Origin: the human T2T-CHM13v2.0 reference genome, Homo sapiens
Assembly: GCF_009914755.1 (NCBI RefSeq)
Contig: NC_060931.1
DNA: 64,000 nucleotides
Direction: 5' to 3' (one strand)
Both the position numbers and the translations under genes were made by a program. This document shows, piece by piece, positions 1 to 15,019 of the stretch (position 1 is its first letter; each line of letters opens with the position of its first letter). Below the pieces are notes generated by a model that saw only the letters and a program-made list of their open reading frames with translations, ran no database searches and had not been told where the DNA came from.

Positions 1-725
1 CTCACTGCCACTCTCTTCACTACTACAGTGACTCTGGCCTCACGGTTTCTTGAGCTGTCTTCTTTCTGTGATTTTTTTTTCCCATTGGAATTTCCCACCC
101 AACTCAGGCACACTCATATCTATGACCATGCCCCAGTCATTACTGGGAACTGCAACCTTGACATTTCCTGGACAGCAAGCATTTTCCCTCAGACAACTGT
201 CTTCTGCCTCCCCGTTTCCCTCCCTCTTGTGCCCAACCCCCACAATCCTTTGGCTATGCTGGAACCTCCAGTCTATTGATCCTAACCCCTTTTCACTGTC
301 CCTCATCCTTGTTCTCTTCCATTCTGACTCCACTTAGATTCTATGGTCAGTCACTGTAATTTATTCCTTTCATGTCCTTTCAACTCCCTTCCTCCACTTC
401 TGTTTTCTTATACGTACTTGGCAAAACTAAAGCCCTAGATAAAACCATTCCTCTACCTATTTCATCCCTCCACTCATGCAACTAATCATGGCTGGAAAAA
501 AAAAATGCCCATGGTGACTGGTCCCAGCTTAACTATACCAACACAAGGCTCAAGAGGGCCCTAATGCCACCAGGCAATCATAGCGTGCATCCCTAATCTG
601 TTCACTTCCCTTCTGCCTCAGAAGGCTATTTTATATTTTTTTCTTACTCCTTAAACTTCCTACACTTCCCACCTCATCCTCACTCTTGCTTCATACTGCT
701 CTGAGAAAATTGCAGCCATCAGAGT
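1..725 (+). mobile_element. L2 LINE ORF2 fragment (resumes ~1645-1700)
   Basis: Pyrimidine-rich degenerate sequence with L2-like segments (CTTGGCAAAACTAAAGCCCTAGATAAA, GACTGGTCCCAGCTTAA). Confidence 0.6.
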
Positions 726-739
726 AAAACATCCATTTC

Positions 740-1640
740 TAGCAGAGGACTTGTACCCCAAAAAAGAGCTCTCTCAGAACTCAACAATAAGAGAACACCT
801 AAAGTTTATTTTTTTTTAATGGGCAAAAAACCTGAATGTACTCTTCACCATGGAAATATATGAATGGCAAATAAGCAAATGAAAAGATATTCAGTATAAT
901 CATCAGGGAAATGCAAATTAAAATCACGAGATATCACTACACACCTACTAGAATGGCTATGGAAATAAATGACAGCTAGTGCTGACGAGGATGCAGAACA
1001 ACTGGAAATCATACATTACCAGTGAGAATGCAAAATGGTACCACACCTGGATATCAGTCTGGTTTTGTATAGTTTTTTTATAAAGTTAAGCATACACTTA
1101 CTATATGACTCAACAATCCCACTCTGAAGTATCCTAAGAGAAATGGAAATGTATGTTAACACGAGAACCTACAGGTAAATGTTTGTATTCGTTTTATCCA
1201 TGATCACTAAAAACTGGAAGCAACCAAGATGTCTTTCATAAACAAAACTATGGTACATCTATTTCATAAAATGCTACTCAGCAATACAAAGAACAGATTA
1301 TTCTTGCAACAACAGGCAATCTCAAATGCATTTAGTTAAAAAAGTCAGATCTAAAAGGCCACATATTTTATGATTTTCTTGATATGATATCCTGGAAAAG
1401 GCAAAACTATTAGATAGGCGCTTAGATCAATGGTTACCAGGGATTGGAGTTGGGGAACAGGATGACATCAAAGGGATAGCATGATAGAGTTTTTGGAGTG
1501 ATGGAATTGTTCTGTAGCATGACTGTGATGGTGGGTACATCACTGTCAAAACCTACACAACTGCACGTCACAAACAGTGAATTTTACTGTAAGTCAATTT
1601 AAAATAAAATATAAAATAGATTTTTAAAATTTAAAAAATA
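740..1640 (+). mobile_element. Old L1M (L1MC/ME-like) 3' end
   Basis: L1 ORF2 end/3'UTR motifs (CAGGGAAATGCAAATTAAAATCACGAGATATCACTACACACC; GGAAAAGGCAAAACTAT) and A-rich end. Confidence 0.85.
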
Positions 1641-1714
1641 CAACACCTGCAAACTACTTTTATTACAGCTGTACCCATGTACTCAGCCTTCCCTCCTGAG
1701 TTCAGGCCATACGG

Positions 1715-2370
1715 GCTATATGATATCAATTTTTGGAATTTGATGACTATTTTTGTGGCCTAATACGTGGTCAATATCTGTAACTACTTTGTTGTATTTG
1801 ATAAGAATGTGTATTCTCTGTTTGCTGGGTACAGAGAATCTTATTTGACCAGGCTTGTTATCTGTATTACTTAAATTCTCTATATACTCACTGATGTTTG
1901 GCTTGCATGATTTATCAGTTTCTGAGAGCACTGTTAAATATTCTCATTGGCTTTGTCAGTTTCCCCTGGTAGTTCCATCAGTTTTTCCTTTCTGTACTTT
2001 GAAGCTATGTTATTGAGTACATAAATGTTTATGATTGTTATATCTTCTTGTTAGATTGCCTCTCTCATCAGTATGAAATATTCCTTCTTGTCCCTTTTTG
2101 CTTTGAATTATATCTGATATCAATATATCTGTGTGGCTTTTCATTTTGGTAATATTTTCATTATTTTTCTCCTCCTTATTTTCAGTCTTCCTATGTCATC
2201 TTCATTAAGAGTATTATTTCTAAATGTCACATGGTTAATTTATTTTTTATTTATCTGAGATTTTTTGCCTTTCATAGGCATAATTATCACATTCATATTT
2301 TTTAACAAATATATTGATTTGTTATTTACTAGGATCTTGCTCCTTCTAATCCTATTTTACATTTCCTATT
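1715..2370 (-). mobile_element. Old L1M ORF2 endonuclease-region fragment
   Basis: Minus ORF 1716-1931 contains TDIDHVLGHK, similar to the L1 EN motif KIDHILGHK. Confidence 0.75.
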
Positions 2371-2377
2371 TTCAGTA

Positions 2378-2417
<40 letters not shown>

Positions 2418-4745
2418 TATAGCAAGTGATTTTTTTTGTCCCAACTTTTATTTTAGATTCAGCCAGTACATGTGCAGGTTTGTCACCTGGGTATATTGCA
2501 TGATGCTGAGGTTTGGGGTATGAGTGATCCTGTCACCCAGGTACTGAGCACAGTACCCAAGAGTTAGTTTTTTCAACCCTTGCCCCACTCACTCCCATTC
2601 CCCTCCAGTAGTCCCCAGTTTCTATTGTTGCCATCTTTATGTCCCTGCATACCCAATGTTTAGCTCCCACTTATAAGTGAAAACACATAGTATTTGGTTT
2701 TCTGTTCCTTCTTGAATTAACTTAGGATAATGGCCTCCAGCTGCACCCATATTGCTGCAAAGGACATGATTTCATCCTTTTTCATGGGCACTTAGGTTGG
2801 TTTCATGTCTTTGCTATTGTGAATAGTGCTGCAACAAACATACCAGTACATGTGTCTCTTTGGTAGAATGATTTGTTTTCTTTTGGATATATAACCAGTA
2901 ATGGGATTGCTGGATCAAATGGTAGTTCTGTTTTAAGTTTTTGAGAAATCTCCAAATTACTTTTCACAGTGGCTGAACTAATTTACATTCCCACCAACAG
3001 TGTCTATGTGTTCCCTTTTCTCCACAGCCTCATCAGCATCTGTTGTTTTTTGACTTTTTAATCATAGCCATTCTGATTGGTGTGAAGTGGATCTCACTGT
3101 GGTTTTGATTTGCATTTCTCTGATGATTTGTGATATGGAGTGTTTTTTCATGTTTGCTGGCTGCTTGTATGTCTTCTCTTAAGAAGTGTCTATTCAAGTT
3201 CTTTGCCCATTTTTTGATGTGGTTTTGTTTTTTGCTTGTTCAATTGTTTAGGTTACTCACAGATTCTGGATATTAGGCCTTTGTGGGATATGTAGTTTGC
3301 AAACATTTTCTCCCATTCTGTAGGCTGTCTATTTACTCTGTTGATAGTTTTTTTGCTCTGCAGAACCTGTTTAGTTTAATTATATCTCACTTGTCAATTT
3401 TTGTCTTTGTTGCAATTGCTTTTGAGGACACAGCTATAAATTCTTTCCCAAGGCTGATGTCCAGAATGGTGTTTCCCAGGTTTTCTTCTAGGATTCCTAT
3501 AGTTTGAGGTCTTACATTTAAATTTTTAATCCATCTTGAGTTAATTTTTGTATATAGTGAAAAGTAGGGGTGTAGTCTGAATCTTCTGTACATGGATAGC
3601 CAGCTACCCCAGCACCATTTATTCAACCGGGAGTACTCTCCCCATCTTTTGTCTTTGTACCTGCCAAAGATCAGATGGCTGTAGGTGTGCAACTTTATTT
3701 CTAGGTTCTCTATTCTGTTCCATTGGTGTATGTGTCTGTTTTTGTACCAGTATCATGCTGTTTTCGTTACTATAGCCTTTCAGTACAAAGCTGGGTAATG
3801 TGATAGCTCCGGCTTTGTTCTTTTTGCTTAGGATTGCTTTGGCCATTCAGCCTCTTTTTTGGTTCCATATTAATTTTAGACTAGTTTTCTTTGAGTTTTG
3901 TGGAAAAATGACATCGGTAGTTTGATATGAATAGTGTTGAATTTGTAAACTGCTTTGGGCACTTATGGCCATTTTAACAATATTAATTCTTCTAATCCAT
4001 GAGGATGGATGTTTTTCTATTTGTTTGTGTCATCTATGATTTCTTTTAGCAGTGCTTTGTAGTTCTCCTTGTAGAGATCTTCCACCTCCTTGGTTAGATG
4101 TATTGCTAAGTATTTTATTTTTTGTGGCCATTGTAAATGGGATTGTGTTCTTGATTTGGCTCTCAGCTTAAATGTTATTGGTGTATAGAAAAGGGACAAG
4201 TTTTTGTATATTGATTTTATATCCTGAAACTTTGCTGAAGTCGTTTATCAGTTCCAGGGGCCTTTTGGTACTGTCTTTAGGGTTTTCTAGGTATAGGATC
4301 ATATCATCTACCAAGAGAGATAGTTTGCCTTTCTTTCTATTTGGGTGCTTTTTACTTCTTTCTCTTGCCTGATTGCTCTGGCTAGCACTTCCAGTATTGT
4401 GTTGAATAGGAGTGGTGAGACTGGGCATCCTTGATTTGTTTCAGTTCTCAAGGGAAATGCTTCCAGTTTTTGCCCATTTAGTATGATGCTGACAGTGGGT
4501 TTGTCATAGATAGCTCTTATTATTTTGAGGCATATTCCTTCAATACCTAGTTTCTTGAGGGTTTCCATCATGAAGGGATGTTGGACTTTATCAAAAGCTT
4601 CTTGTGCATCTATTGAGATGATCACATGGATTTTTCATTTTCAATTTTGTTTATGTGGTGAATCACATTTCTTGATTTACGTTATGTTGAACCCAACTTC
4701 CATCCCAGAAATGAAGCGTACTTGATCATAATGAATTAACTCTTT

Positions 4746-4965
4746 TTTTCAGGAAGTTGTTTTTACTGTGAATGAAGAACATACTTGAAGTCCTACCACA
4801 GTGCCTAGCACACAGGGAGACTTTGATATATATTTTCAGAATAAGAGAACATAAAGGCAACTCTTACTGTGCCTTCTGTCATTTCTCTCCTAATAATTAG
4901 CAAATTTTAGAATATCCGGACCACTTCCACCCTTAATCACCCACCAGTTAAAGACATTAAGCAGC
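4746..4965 (-). pseudogene. ~220-bp retroposed non-L1 sequence (5'-truncated retrocopy of an unidentified transcript 3' end)
   Basis: Interrupts L1 ORF2; flanked by ATGAATTAACTCTTT (4731-4745) and ATAAATTAACTTTTT (4966-4980); short T-run at left; AGTAAA on minus strand at 4762-4767. Confidence 0.65.
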
Positions 4966-6175
4966 ATAAATTAACTTTTTGATGTGTTGTTGGATTCAGT
5001 TTACAGTATTTTGTTGAGGATTTTTCCATGTATGTTCATCAGGGACATTGGCCTGTAGCTTTCTTTTTTTTGTTGTGTCTTTGCCAGGTTTTGGTATCAG
5101 GGTGATGCTGGCTTTGTAGAATGAGTTAAGGAGGAGTCCCTCCTCCTCAATTTTTTTGGAATAGTTTCAGTAGAATTGGAACTAGCTTTTCTTTGTATGT
5201 CTGGTGGAATTGGGCTGTGAATCTAAGTGGTCTGGGGCTTTTTTTTTTTCCTTTGGTTTTTTTTTATTACTGCTTCAGTTTCAGAACTCAATATTTTGTT
5301 CAGGGTTTCAATTTCTTCCTGAAACTGGGAAGAAGGTTGTATGTTTGCGGGAATTAATCCATTGCCTCTAGATTTTCTACTTTGTGATCACAGAGGTGTT
5401 CATAATAGTCTCCGAGGATCTTTTACATTTCTGTGGGATCAGTTGTAATGTCACCTTTGTCATTTCCAATTGTACTTATTTGGATCTTCTCTCTTTTTTA
5501 TTCTTTGGCTAACAGTCTGTCAATCTTGCTTATCCTTTCAAAACACCAATTTTTGGTTTCATGGATTCTTTGGATGGATTTTGGGGGGTCTCAATTTCAT
5601 TCAGTGGTGCTCTGATTTTAGTTATTTCTTTTCTTCTGCCAGCTTTGGGGTTAGTTTGTTCTTACCTTTCCAGCTCCTCTGGTGTGATGTTAGGTTATTA
5701 ATTTGAGATATTGCTAACTTTTTGAGGTAGGCGTTTAGCACTATAAACTTTCGTCTTAACACTGCTTTTGCTGCATTCCAGAGATTTTGGTATGCTGTGT
5801 CTCTGTTTTCATTTATTTCAAATAACTTTTTGATTTCTGCCTTAATTTTGTTTTTACCCAAAAGTCAAATATTAGCAAGTTGTTTAATTTCCATGTAATT
5901 CTGCTTTTGAGAAATCTTCTTGGTATTGATAACTATTTTTATTCCTCTGTGGTTCAAGTGTACAATTGGTATGGTTTCAGTTTTTTTGAATTGATTAGAC
6001 TTGCTTTATGGCCAAGTGTGTGGTCAATCTTGCAGTACATTCTGTGCCCAGATGAGAAGAATATGTATCTTGTGGTTTATGAGTGAAGTATTCTGTAGAT
6101 GTCTATTAGGTACAATTGGTCAAGTGTAAAATTTAATAAGTCTAGAATTTCTTTGTTAGTTTTCTGCCTCAATGA

Positions 6176-6475
<300 letters not shown>

Positions 6476-6839
6476 CTCAATGATCTTTCTAACACTGTCA
6501 GAGAGGTGTTGAAGCCCCCCCACTAATATTGTGTGGCTACGTCTTTTCATAGGTTTAGAAGTAGTTGTTTTATGAATCTGGGTACAACAATGTTGGGTGC
6601 ATATATATTTAGGATAGCTAAGTCTTCTTGTTGAATTGAATGCTTCATCATTATGTAATGACCTTCTGTTTGTCCTTTTTTACTGTTGTTGGTTTAAAGT
6701 CTGTTTTATCTGATATAAGAATAGCAACCCCTGTTCTTTTTTGCTTTCCATTTGCATGGTAGACCTTTCTCCAATCCTTTACTTGGAGCCTATGGGTGTC
6801 ATTACATGTGAGATGAGTCTGTTGAAAACAGCAGATGGT

Positions 6840-7187
<348 letters not shown>

Positions 7188-7393
7188 TTATCCAACTTGC
7201 CACTTGATGCCTTTTAACTGGGGCATTTAGACCATTTACATTCTAGGTTAATATTGATATCTGAGGTTTTGATCCTATTGTGAAGTTGTTATCTGGCTTG
7301 CTTTGTAGTTTCTATCATGTGGTTGCTTTCTAGGGTCTGTGGGCTACATACCTAAGTGTGTTTTTGTGGTAACAGGTAGCATTCTTTCATTTT

Positions 7394-7709
7394 CTTTTTT
7401 TTCCTTTTTCCTTTTTTTTTTTTTTTTGAGACAGAGTCTTGCTCTGTCACCCAGGCTGAAGTGCAGTGGTGCCATCTCAGCTCACTGCAACCTCTGCCTC
7501 ACGGGTTGAAACAATTCTCATGCTTCAGCCCTCAAGTAGCTGGGACTAGAGGCACACACCACCACACTCAGCTAATTTTTGTATTTTTAGTAGAAACAAG
7601 GTTTTACTGTGTTGGCCAGGCTGGTCTTGAATTCCTGACCTCAAGTGATTCATCCGCCTCGGCCTCCCAAAGTGCTGGGATCATAGGCACCAGCCACCAT
7701 GGCCCACCC
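7394..7709 (-). mobile_element. AluS
   Basis: Full Alu; TSD TTCTTTCATTTT. Confidence 0.93.
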
Positions 7710-10700
7710 GTTCTTTCATTTTCACATTTACAGCTCCCTTAAGGACCTCTGTGATGCTGACCTAGTGGTAACAAATTCCCTCAGGGCTGGCTTGCTGGAA
7801 AATATTTTATTTATCCTTCACTTGTGAAGCTTAGTTTAACAATATATGAAATTCTTTTTTGAAATTTCTGGTCTTTAAGAATGCTGAATATAGGTTCCCA
7901 ACCTCTCCTGGCTTGTAAGCTTTCTGCTGAGAAGTCTGCTGTTAGCCTGATGGGATTCCTTTTGTATGTGACCTAACCTTTTTATCTAGCTGCCTTTAAG
8001 ATTTTTTTCTTTAGTATTGTCTTTGGACAGTCGGGTGACCAAGTATGCCTTGGTGATGTTCATTTTGTATAGTACCTCGCAGGTTTTCTCTGAATTTCTG
8101 GTATCTGGATATCAAGCTCTCTAACAAAATGAGAAAATTTTTCTTTAATTATTCCCTCAAATGTGTTTTCCAGGTTGTTTGCTTTTTCTTCTCTCTCAGG
8201 AAGGCCAATAATTTGTATGTTTGGTTGCTTTACAAAATCCCATATTTCTTGAACATTGTTCATTTTTTTAAATTCTTTTTTCTTTATTTTTGTCTGACTG
8301 AATTAATTTGAAAGACCGGTCTTCAAGTTCTCAAATTCTTCTGCTCAGTCCAGTCTATTGACAAAGCTTTCCACTGTATTTTGAAATTCCTTAAGTGAGT
8401 TTTTCAATTCCAGAAGCTCTGATTTCTTTTTAGGATGTTTACCTCTTCCATCATTTACTGGATTGCTTTAGAAGTTTCTTCATATTGATTATTAACCTTG
8501 TCTTGGATCTCATTGAGCTTCCTTGTAATTCATGCTTTGAATTTATTAGCTATTTCTTCATTTCCATTTTAGTTAGGGACCATCGCTGGAAAGCTAGTGT
8601 GATCCTTTGGTGGTGTCACCACATTCGGATTTTTGATGGTGCCAGAATTTTTATATTGATTCCTTATCTAGAGATGCTGGCACTTCTAATTTTTGTAATT
8701 ATTTTCATGAAGGTAGGATTTTTTTTCTTTTTTCCCCCATAATGTTATTTTTTTGTTGTTACTACTCTTTTCTTTCTTTCTCCCCCACCCTCCACTCTTT
8801 AGTGGGTGTGACTATAAAGAATGCTTGGTGAGGTCATTTGGCTTTGCTTCTATAGCCCTATGCACTTCTGTCAGCAGGTTTTATATTGGACTATGCAGTT
8901 TGACCTACAAGCTGTAGATGGCACTTTTAGGTAAGAGCCTGCTGCTGCCAACATGACTGGGTATATACTTGATCCTTGTTTACTGGGAGGAGTTTCTCTG
9001 TTGCCTCAGGTAATGCGCTGATTTGTGGAGTGCACAATGGTCTGACTCCCTGCTCAGCCCCTTCATGGGCGGGGGTAGGGAGCCAACACTGGTGAAGCCA
9101 GACCAGGCAGGTCCACCTACGGTCCCTGATGGCAGGCACAAGCACCAGTGCTAACTGAGAATCCAGTAAGCTGTTGCCAAGTGCCCAAAGGCTTGCCTAG
9201 GCAGGGAGTTGGGAAACTTCCTTGACCCCAAGTTCTCTGCACAGAGATGGAGGCAGCCTAAATTCCTAATCCAGGAGAGTAGGTGCTCCAGATGCCTGGA
9301 GATCTGCCTGGGTGTGGAACAGAGAGGGCCCCCTTGTACCAGGGTTTCTGCCCATGAAGGATATGGCTCAGGCTGATCCAGACAAGCAAGTGCTCCGAGT
9401 GCCTGGATTTCTGCCTAGGGGTGAAGCAAAGAGGGCCCCACTGCACCATGATCTCAAAGGAGCAGTTGGGGCACACAGTAATGGCACACATAGACCACCA
9501 AGGTGGTCACCAACCTGGCCCTAGCTACAAGTCTCACTGCCCAGGAGAAACTACAGCTGTAGAAGCTCTCCTCCCACCGGAGACTTGTGTTGGAAGAGAG
9601 CACAATCCCAGAACCTACTGCTGAGGAGCTTTCCACAGTTCTGACTGTAGAGGTTCCTACCCTGCTCTAGAGGAGGTGCTCCAATCTCCGGCCCAAGACT
9701 AAAATTCCTGCATGACTATGCTGTTAGGTCGCCAAATAATGGCTGACTTTGTATGCCTCCAGATTAAAAATGGTGTCCTGCTCTTGATCCTGGGTCTGGA
9801 AAAATGTCTATAGCTTTGTCTGGTGTCTGTCCTCAGCATCTACAACACTGTCCCCACATTAGCTCCAGGGCTTGGAAGAATGAAAGTGCTCTCCCTCAGC
9901 CTGGATTGCTGAGATCCCCGGTGGAAAGGTGAGTCACAGAGGGAGGTTCTCTGCCTCTCTCACACATGGGGGCTTCACTAACTTTAATCAGTGGGATGCC
10001 ATCATGGAGGCTGTTTACCAGTATTCTCCTCCACAGGATCTGGGGCGTCCTTCATGATTCTGGTGGATTTCCATTTTTCTTCTTGAATTAAACTCACAGA
10101 GTTGATCTTTGTGCACCATCTTGCTATTTCCAAGTGGCTGAGGCATGCTGAAAGCTTCCAATCCACCATGTTGGGAAAAAAAGGTGGGGAGTGCTTTCTT
10201 TTTTTATTCTCTTCTTTCCTGCTTTTAATTAGCTTTCCTTTGTTCTTTTTTTTCACTATTAATTGATAAGTTTACATTATTTTACTATTTTTCTCAGGTT
10301 ATCCTTAAATTTAATATTTTATAACAAAACCTACAGTCAATTAATTTCTATCTTACTCTACTTCCAACCTCCAGGCAAGAAGAGAATCAGTTCACTTTTA
10401 TTCTACCTTCCCTGGCCCTCCTCCATTACCTCCATTTCCTGTGACTTTCATAGTGATGTGGTCTGGGATGTTAGGTGTTAGGTTCAATATTTTTTTCAAT
10501 TTATAAATAATAAAATCGTATTTAATAAAAAAAATGTTGTGGGTTTTGGGTTTTTTGTTGTTGTTTTTGTTGACCAATAGTTTCCTGTATCTCACTATTT
10601 CCCCCTGGATTCATTATTCTTCTTATTGGAGCCCCAAGAATTCCTTCAATGAATATCTAAAAATTGTAAATCGTCTGAGCTCTCAAATTACTAACTATAG

Positions 10701-10789
10701 TTTGTTGTTGTTGTTTTAACTCTTAACTCCTGAATTAACTGACTAAAGAGTTTTGTTTAAGTTACAATTATTCTGCTTTATCACTTTTT

Positions 10790-11370
10790 TAAAAATGTGA
10801 GTTTGTTCTGATACAATTGACATATTAAGGACCAATTAGACATAATGTGATTTGTGTGCTGATGTGAGATTTAGTCCACAAAATACAGAAACCGAACCAT
10901 AAAAAAATGCACCCAACTGACCTACATAGTAATACACAAAATTCATGTGCACACAGCTCTCTCAAACATCAACCAGCTACCTTAGTATACCACATGTGTT
11001 ATGAGCCACATCCTTCCACAGCTGGTGTTACAACTTTCCATCCTAATTCAAATAACCCTCCTTCCACCACTCACATCCTTTCCAATGCCCACTTCTACAC
11101 ACAACCTTTAGGTCTTTTTTAAAGTAATGTGCCATATTTGTTGTGGTATTTATATATTTCTTAACAAGTTAGCATGTGTAAAACTGTGTCACCATTTTTT
11201 TCTTGGGGTTCTAACTTTTTTTAGATAGGAGCATTTTTAAGGGTCAACATTTTTAGTGTTGTGCCCTATTCCCTTCTTCCCCATAGGCCTGGTGGTTTTT
11301 GTTACACGATTTTACATAGTACTTTGATTTTTAGGAGTGTGTATGTCACTTTATAGCAGAACTGACTATA
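10790..11370. mobile_element. Old DNA transposon (Tigger-like) remnant
   Basis: End TTATAGCAGAACTGACTA resembles a TcMar TIR, with a degenerate partner near 10800. Confidence 0.4.
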
Positions 11371-11785
11371 TTTTCCTTACTGAAATGTCCTTGTTTCATA
11401 ATCGCTTGATACTATTTTCATAACACAATACTTTCTCTTACCTCTCTGGCTATATGAGATATATCAAAAGTCCTATTCTGATTGCTTCATTAATTTTGCT
11501 TTTTTAGGGATAAGACTATATTGGCTGAATTTGTTTTTTCTCTTTTATCATGGGGCTCATCTCAAAGTTTGGTTATTCTTAATTGTGCATTCATCTTTGT
11601 TGAGCTATCTTTGTGACTGCCTGCCACCTCTGTTTGTGCTGGGAGAGGCAGGGATGAGCAAGCCCTGTTGCACTATTACACCATTTTTCATTAGGTTGTG
11701 GGGTTTTTTTTCCAACTCACCTGGAGGTTTCAAAAATATCAAAGTAAGATTTCAGCCAAGGCACTCCATTACATGTAAATCTTTG

Positions 11786-12440
11786 TTTTGCTTTTCTATA
11801 GCTGCTATAACAAATTATCACAAATTTAGCAGCTTAAAATATAAATGTATTATCTCACAATTCTGTAGGTCAGAAATCTGGGTAAATTCAGCTGGTTTTC
11901 CTGCTTCAGGTATTACAAAGCTAAAGCCAAGGTGTCAGCCAGAGGGGCTTTTATCTGGAGGCTCTGGAAATAAATCTGTTTCAAGCTCATTCAGGTTGTT
12001 GGTCGAATTCAGTTCCTTGTGATTGTAGGACTGAGGTCTCCATTTCCTTGCTGGCTGTTGGCTGGAAGTCATGCTCCCAGTCATTCAAAAGACCACCAGG
12101 TTCCCTAGCTCACAGCCCCCTTCACCCATCTTCAAAGCCAATGTTGGTAGGTCATGTCTTTCTCATGTTTCGTATCTCTCTAACCTAATCTCCCTTCACC
12201 TCTTCTTCCTGCTGTATCTCTCTAACCTACTCTTCCTCCTTCCTCTTCTGCTTTTAAGGGCTCATGCACTGACATTTGGCCAGCCTGAATAATCCAGGAT
12301 AATCTCACTATTGTAAAGTCAACTGATTAGTAACCTTAACTACATCAGCAAAGCCCCTTCGTACCAGTGCCTAGATTAGGGTTTGATTGAATAACAAGGG
12401 GACAGAAATCTTGAGGGCACATCTTTGAAATTCTGCCTAC
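11786..12440 (-). mobile_element. MLT1 (ERVL-MaLR) solo LTR
   Basis: GCTGCTATAACAAATTATCACAAATTTAGCAGCTTAAAA start and GAAATTCTGCCTACA end, typical of reverse MLT1. Confidence 0.85.
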
Positions 12441-12539
12441 AAAAATCTTAGTATTTGTGTCCATTTTATTTATGTTATACATAAATTTCTTAGGAACTTA
12501 TCAAATGGTTTCTTGAACTAGATATATGAGTTAGTTTCT

Positions 12540-13510
12540 ATCCCGCTAAGATGGCAAACTTAGATATATTTAGCTAAGTGCTGGCTCTCTCCCCCAAAAT
12601 TAACCCTGGAGAAATTATAGAAACATGTGCTACAGAAGGAAAAAAAAAATAAGAGAAAACACTGAACTTAGTCTTGAATCAATGTGTATGAGAGAGGTCT
12701 GAGGAGGCAGAGTGCATTGGAAGAGACAGTGGGAGGACAGGTTGGAGAACAGCTTTCCATGTTCCATTCTTGCCTCTCTCTCTAAATGCCTTGGGACCAT
12801 CATGTCTAACCCTTCGCTACAGACATTGGTGAGCACAGCTTAGGCCATGGTGATGTTCATACTGTAGTGTCCAAACAGGAGGAAATCACCCTTCCAGTCC
12901 CTTTCTCTCCACACTCCTACTGTATTATGACATATCTTGATACAGATTAGAGCCACATATATTACCTGAAAGAGTAGTTGATAATTCCAAAGGAAGAAAA
13001 AAAAAAAACCCTCAGCCAAAGTAACTACTTCCCTAAGTATAACAATAAAAGAAAGACAACAGATGAAACAACATGTTTCATCTAAAGGTAGACCAAGAAA
13101 TTTAAATAAGCATGATAAAAATGCTTAAGGATATCAGGGACTCAGAGCTACCTCATTGCACAACTCCTGAGGCACCAGTCACACTGCATTCCTGGAGAAT
13201 GCTACCTTTGAGTTGTACAGTGTGCTAGCCCTGTAAGTGATGATATTACTAATATGATACAAAAATAAGAAGCAAGGAAAACAGAATCAACTAGAAATTT
13301 ATGTATAAAAATAATATTTTAAGTAACAAAAACAATAGATGTGATAAATAGTTGGATGCTTACTACTGAAGAACAAATTAGTAAATTGGACGATCAGATG
13401 AAGACATTTTTAATAATTTGATAAAGCAACAGAGAAAAATAGAGCTTTAAACTACAAAGAAAGAACTAAAGATGCAGAAGTAGAAGCAATAGAATCTTAA
13501 TAGGAGGGCC
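12540..13510 (+). mobile_element. Old L1M 5'UTR/ORF1 fragments
   Basis: AAGATGGC 5' motif followed by A-rich ORF1-like sequence (GAAGAACAAATTAGTAAATTGGA). Confidence 0.5.
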
Positions 13511-13764
13511 AGAAGGAAAAATATATATATATATATATATATGTATCTGTATATATATACATCTACATATATAATAAAATATGGGAATAAATATTTCAAA
13601 AAACAATGACTAGAGAAATCTGGTAGAACCACCTTAACCAAGTGATCAAAATTATCACCAACAACAGAGCAAGATAACACTACATGTATATTCCCAGCTC
13701 TAACTAAAAGATAAGGTAGTTGAGCTATATTTAGGAGACTGGACACTTTCTGATTAACTGCCTG

Positions 13765-13830
13765 GACTCTGGAGTCAGACTGACCAGGTTTGAATCCTGG
13801 ACCTGCCACATACAAATTGTGTGTGATTTC
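13765..13830 (+). mobile_element. MIR fragment
   Basis: CTCTGGAGTCAGACTGACCAGGTTTGAATCCTGG tRNA-like MIR head. Confidence 0.7.
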
Positions 13831-14578
13831 CTATAAGCTGTTTTGCCATTTGCATCATGGCCTTTGGGGTTGTTTCTAATGTTCCAAAAAACAGAGGGAA
13901 CAAAAGTTAATTTGTATCATTCATATCATATTTTACATGTCATTACAAAGAAAGAAGCCATTCAAACATTCGGGCTGCGAAGTGTGAAGGACCCACGATC
14001 CATTTCACAGATTTCCAGGACAGTAGAGCTAACAGAACCACAAGGGCTTCCTACTTTCTTCCACATATAAGGGCTTGGAAGTCACCACCACCATTCTCAA
14101 AACAAGATAAAAGCTGAACAAAATGAAAACCAACAACCCCTCTTACATTCATCAGAGAACAGACGTCACGGGGCAAGCTGCTGGTCCAGAAGCTAGAAAA
14201 AGAAGAGGATACCAATAATCACAGCTTAGCAGGAACAGAAGTCCAGAAGCAGGAGCCCTAGGCTGGAGCCAGTGCTGGTAGGAGCACTTGAACTGCAGTT
14301 GATAAACTTCTGGAGACTCAGCATGAACTTGCAGGAGAGTTAAAACTCTGGAGACTCAGTCTTGGGGTGGGGAGGACATTTTCATGAGTTTCACTTCCAG
14401 GAGTTTCTCTAGTGAAGATCAGGGAAAAGTCCCTCACACTTCAGTCAGGTGAGGGGAAAAAGTAACTATTTGAAATACAGTTGACCTTGAACAACACAGG
14501 TTTGAACTGCAAGGGTCCACTTATATACAGATTTTCTTCCTCCTTTACCACCCCTGAGACAGTAAGACCATCCCTTCT

Positions 14579-14932
14579 CTATTATCCCGTTCTCATACTG
14601 TTATAAAGAACTACCTGAGACTGGGTAATTTATGAAGAAGAGAGGTTTAATTGACTCACAGTTGCGCAGGCTGTACAGAAGCATGGCTGGAAGGCCTTAG
14701 GAAACTTAGTCATGGCGGAAGGTGAAGGGGAAGCAAGCACATCTCCCAAGAGTGAGGGGAGAAGTGACACACTTTAAAAACCACCAGATCTCAGGAGAAG
14801 TCACTCACTATCCTGAGAACAGCAAGGGGGAAATCTGCCCCCATGATCCAGTCACTTCCCACCAGGCCCCTCCTCCAACATCTGAGGATTACAGTTTGAG
14901 ATGAGATTTGGGTGGGGACACAAACCATATCA
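14579..14932 (-). mobile_element. MST (MaLR) solo LTR
   Basis: AAAGAACTACCTGAGACTGGGTAATTTAT ... GATTTGGGTGGGGACACAAAACCATATCA. Confidence 0.88.
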
Positions 14933-15019
14933 CCATTCTGTTCCCCCTCCTCGGTCTGCTAAACATGAAGACTTAGAGGATGAAGACTTTTATGATGATC
15001 CACTCCCAGTTTTCTTTCT

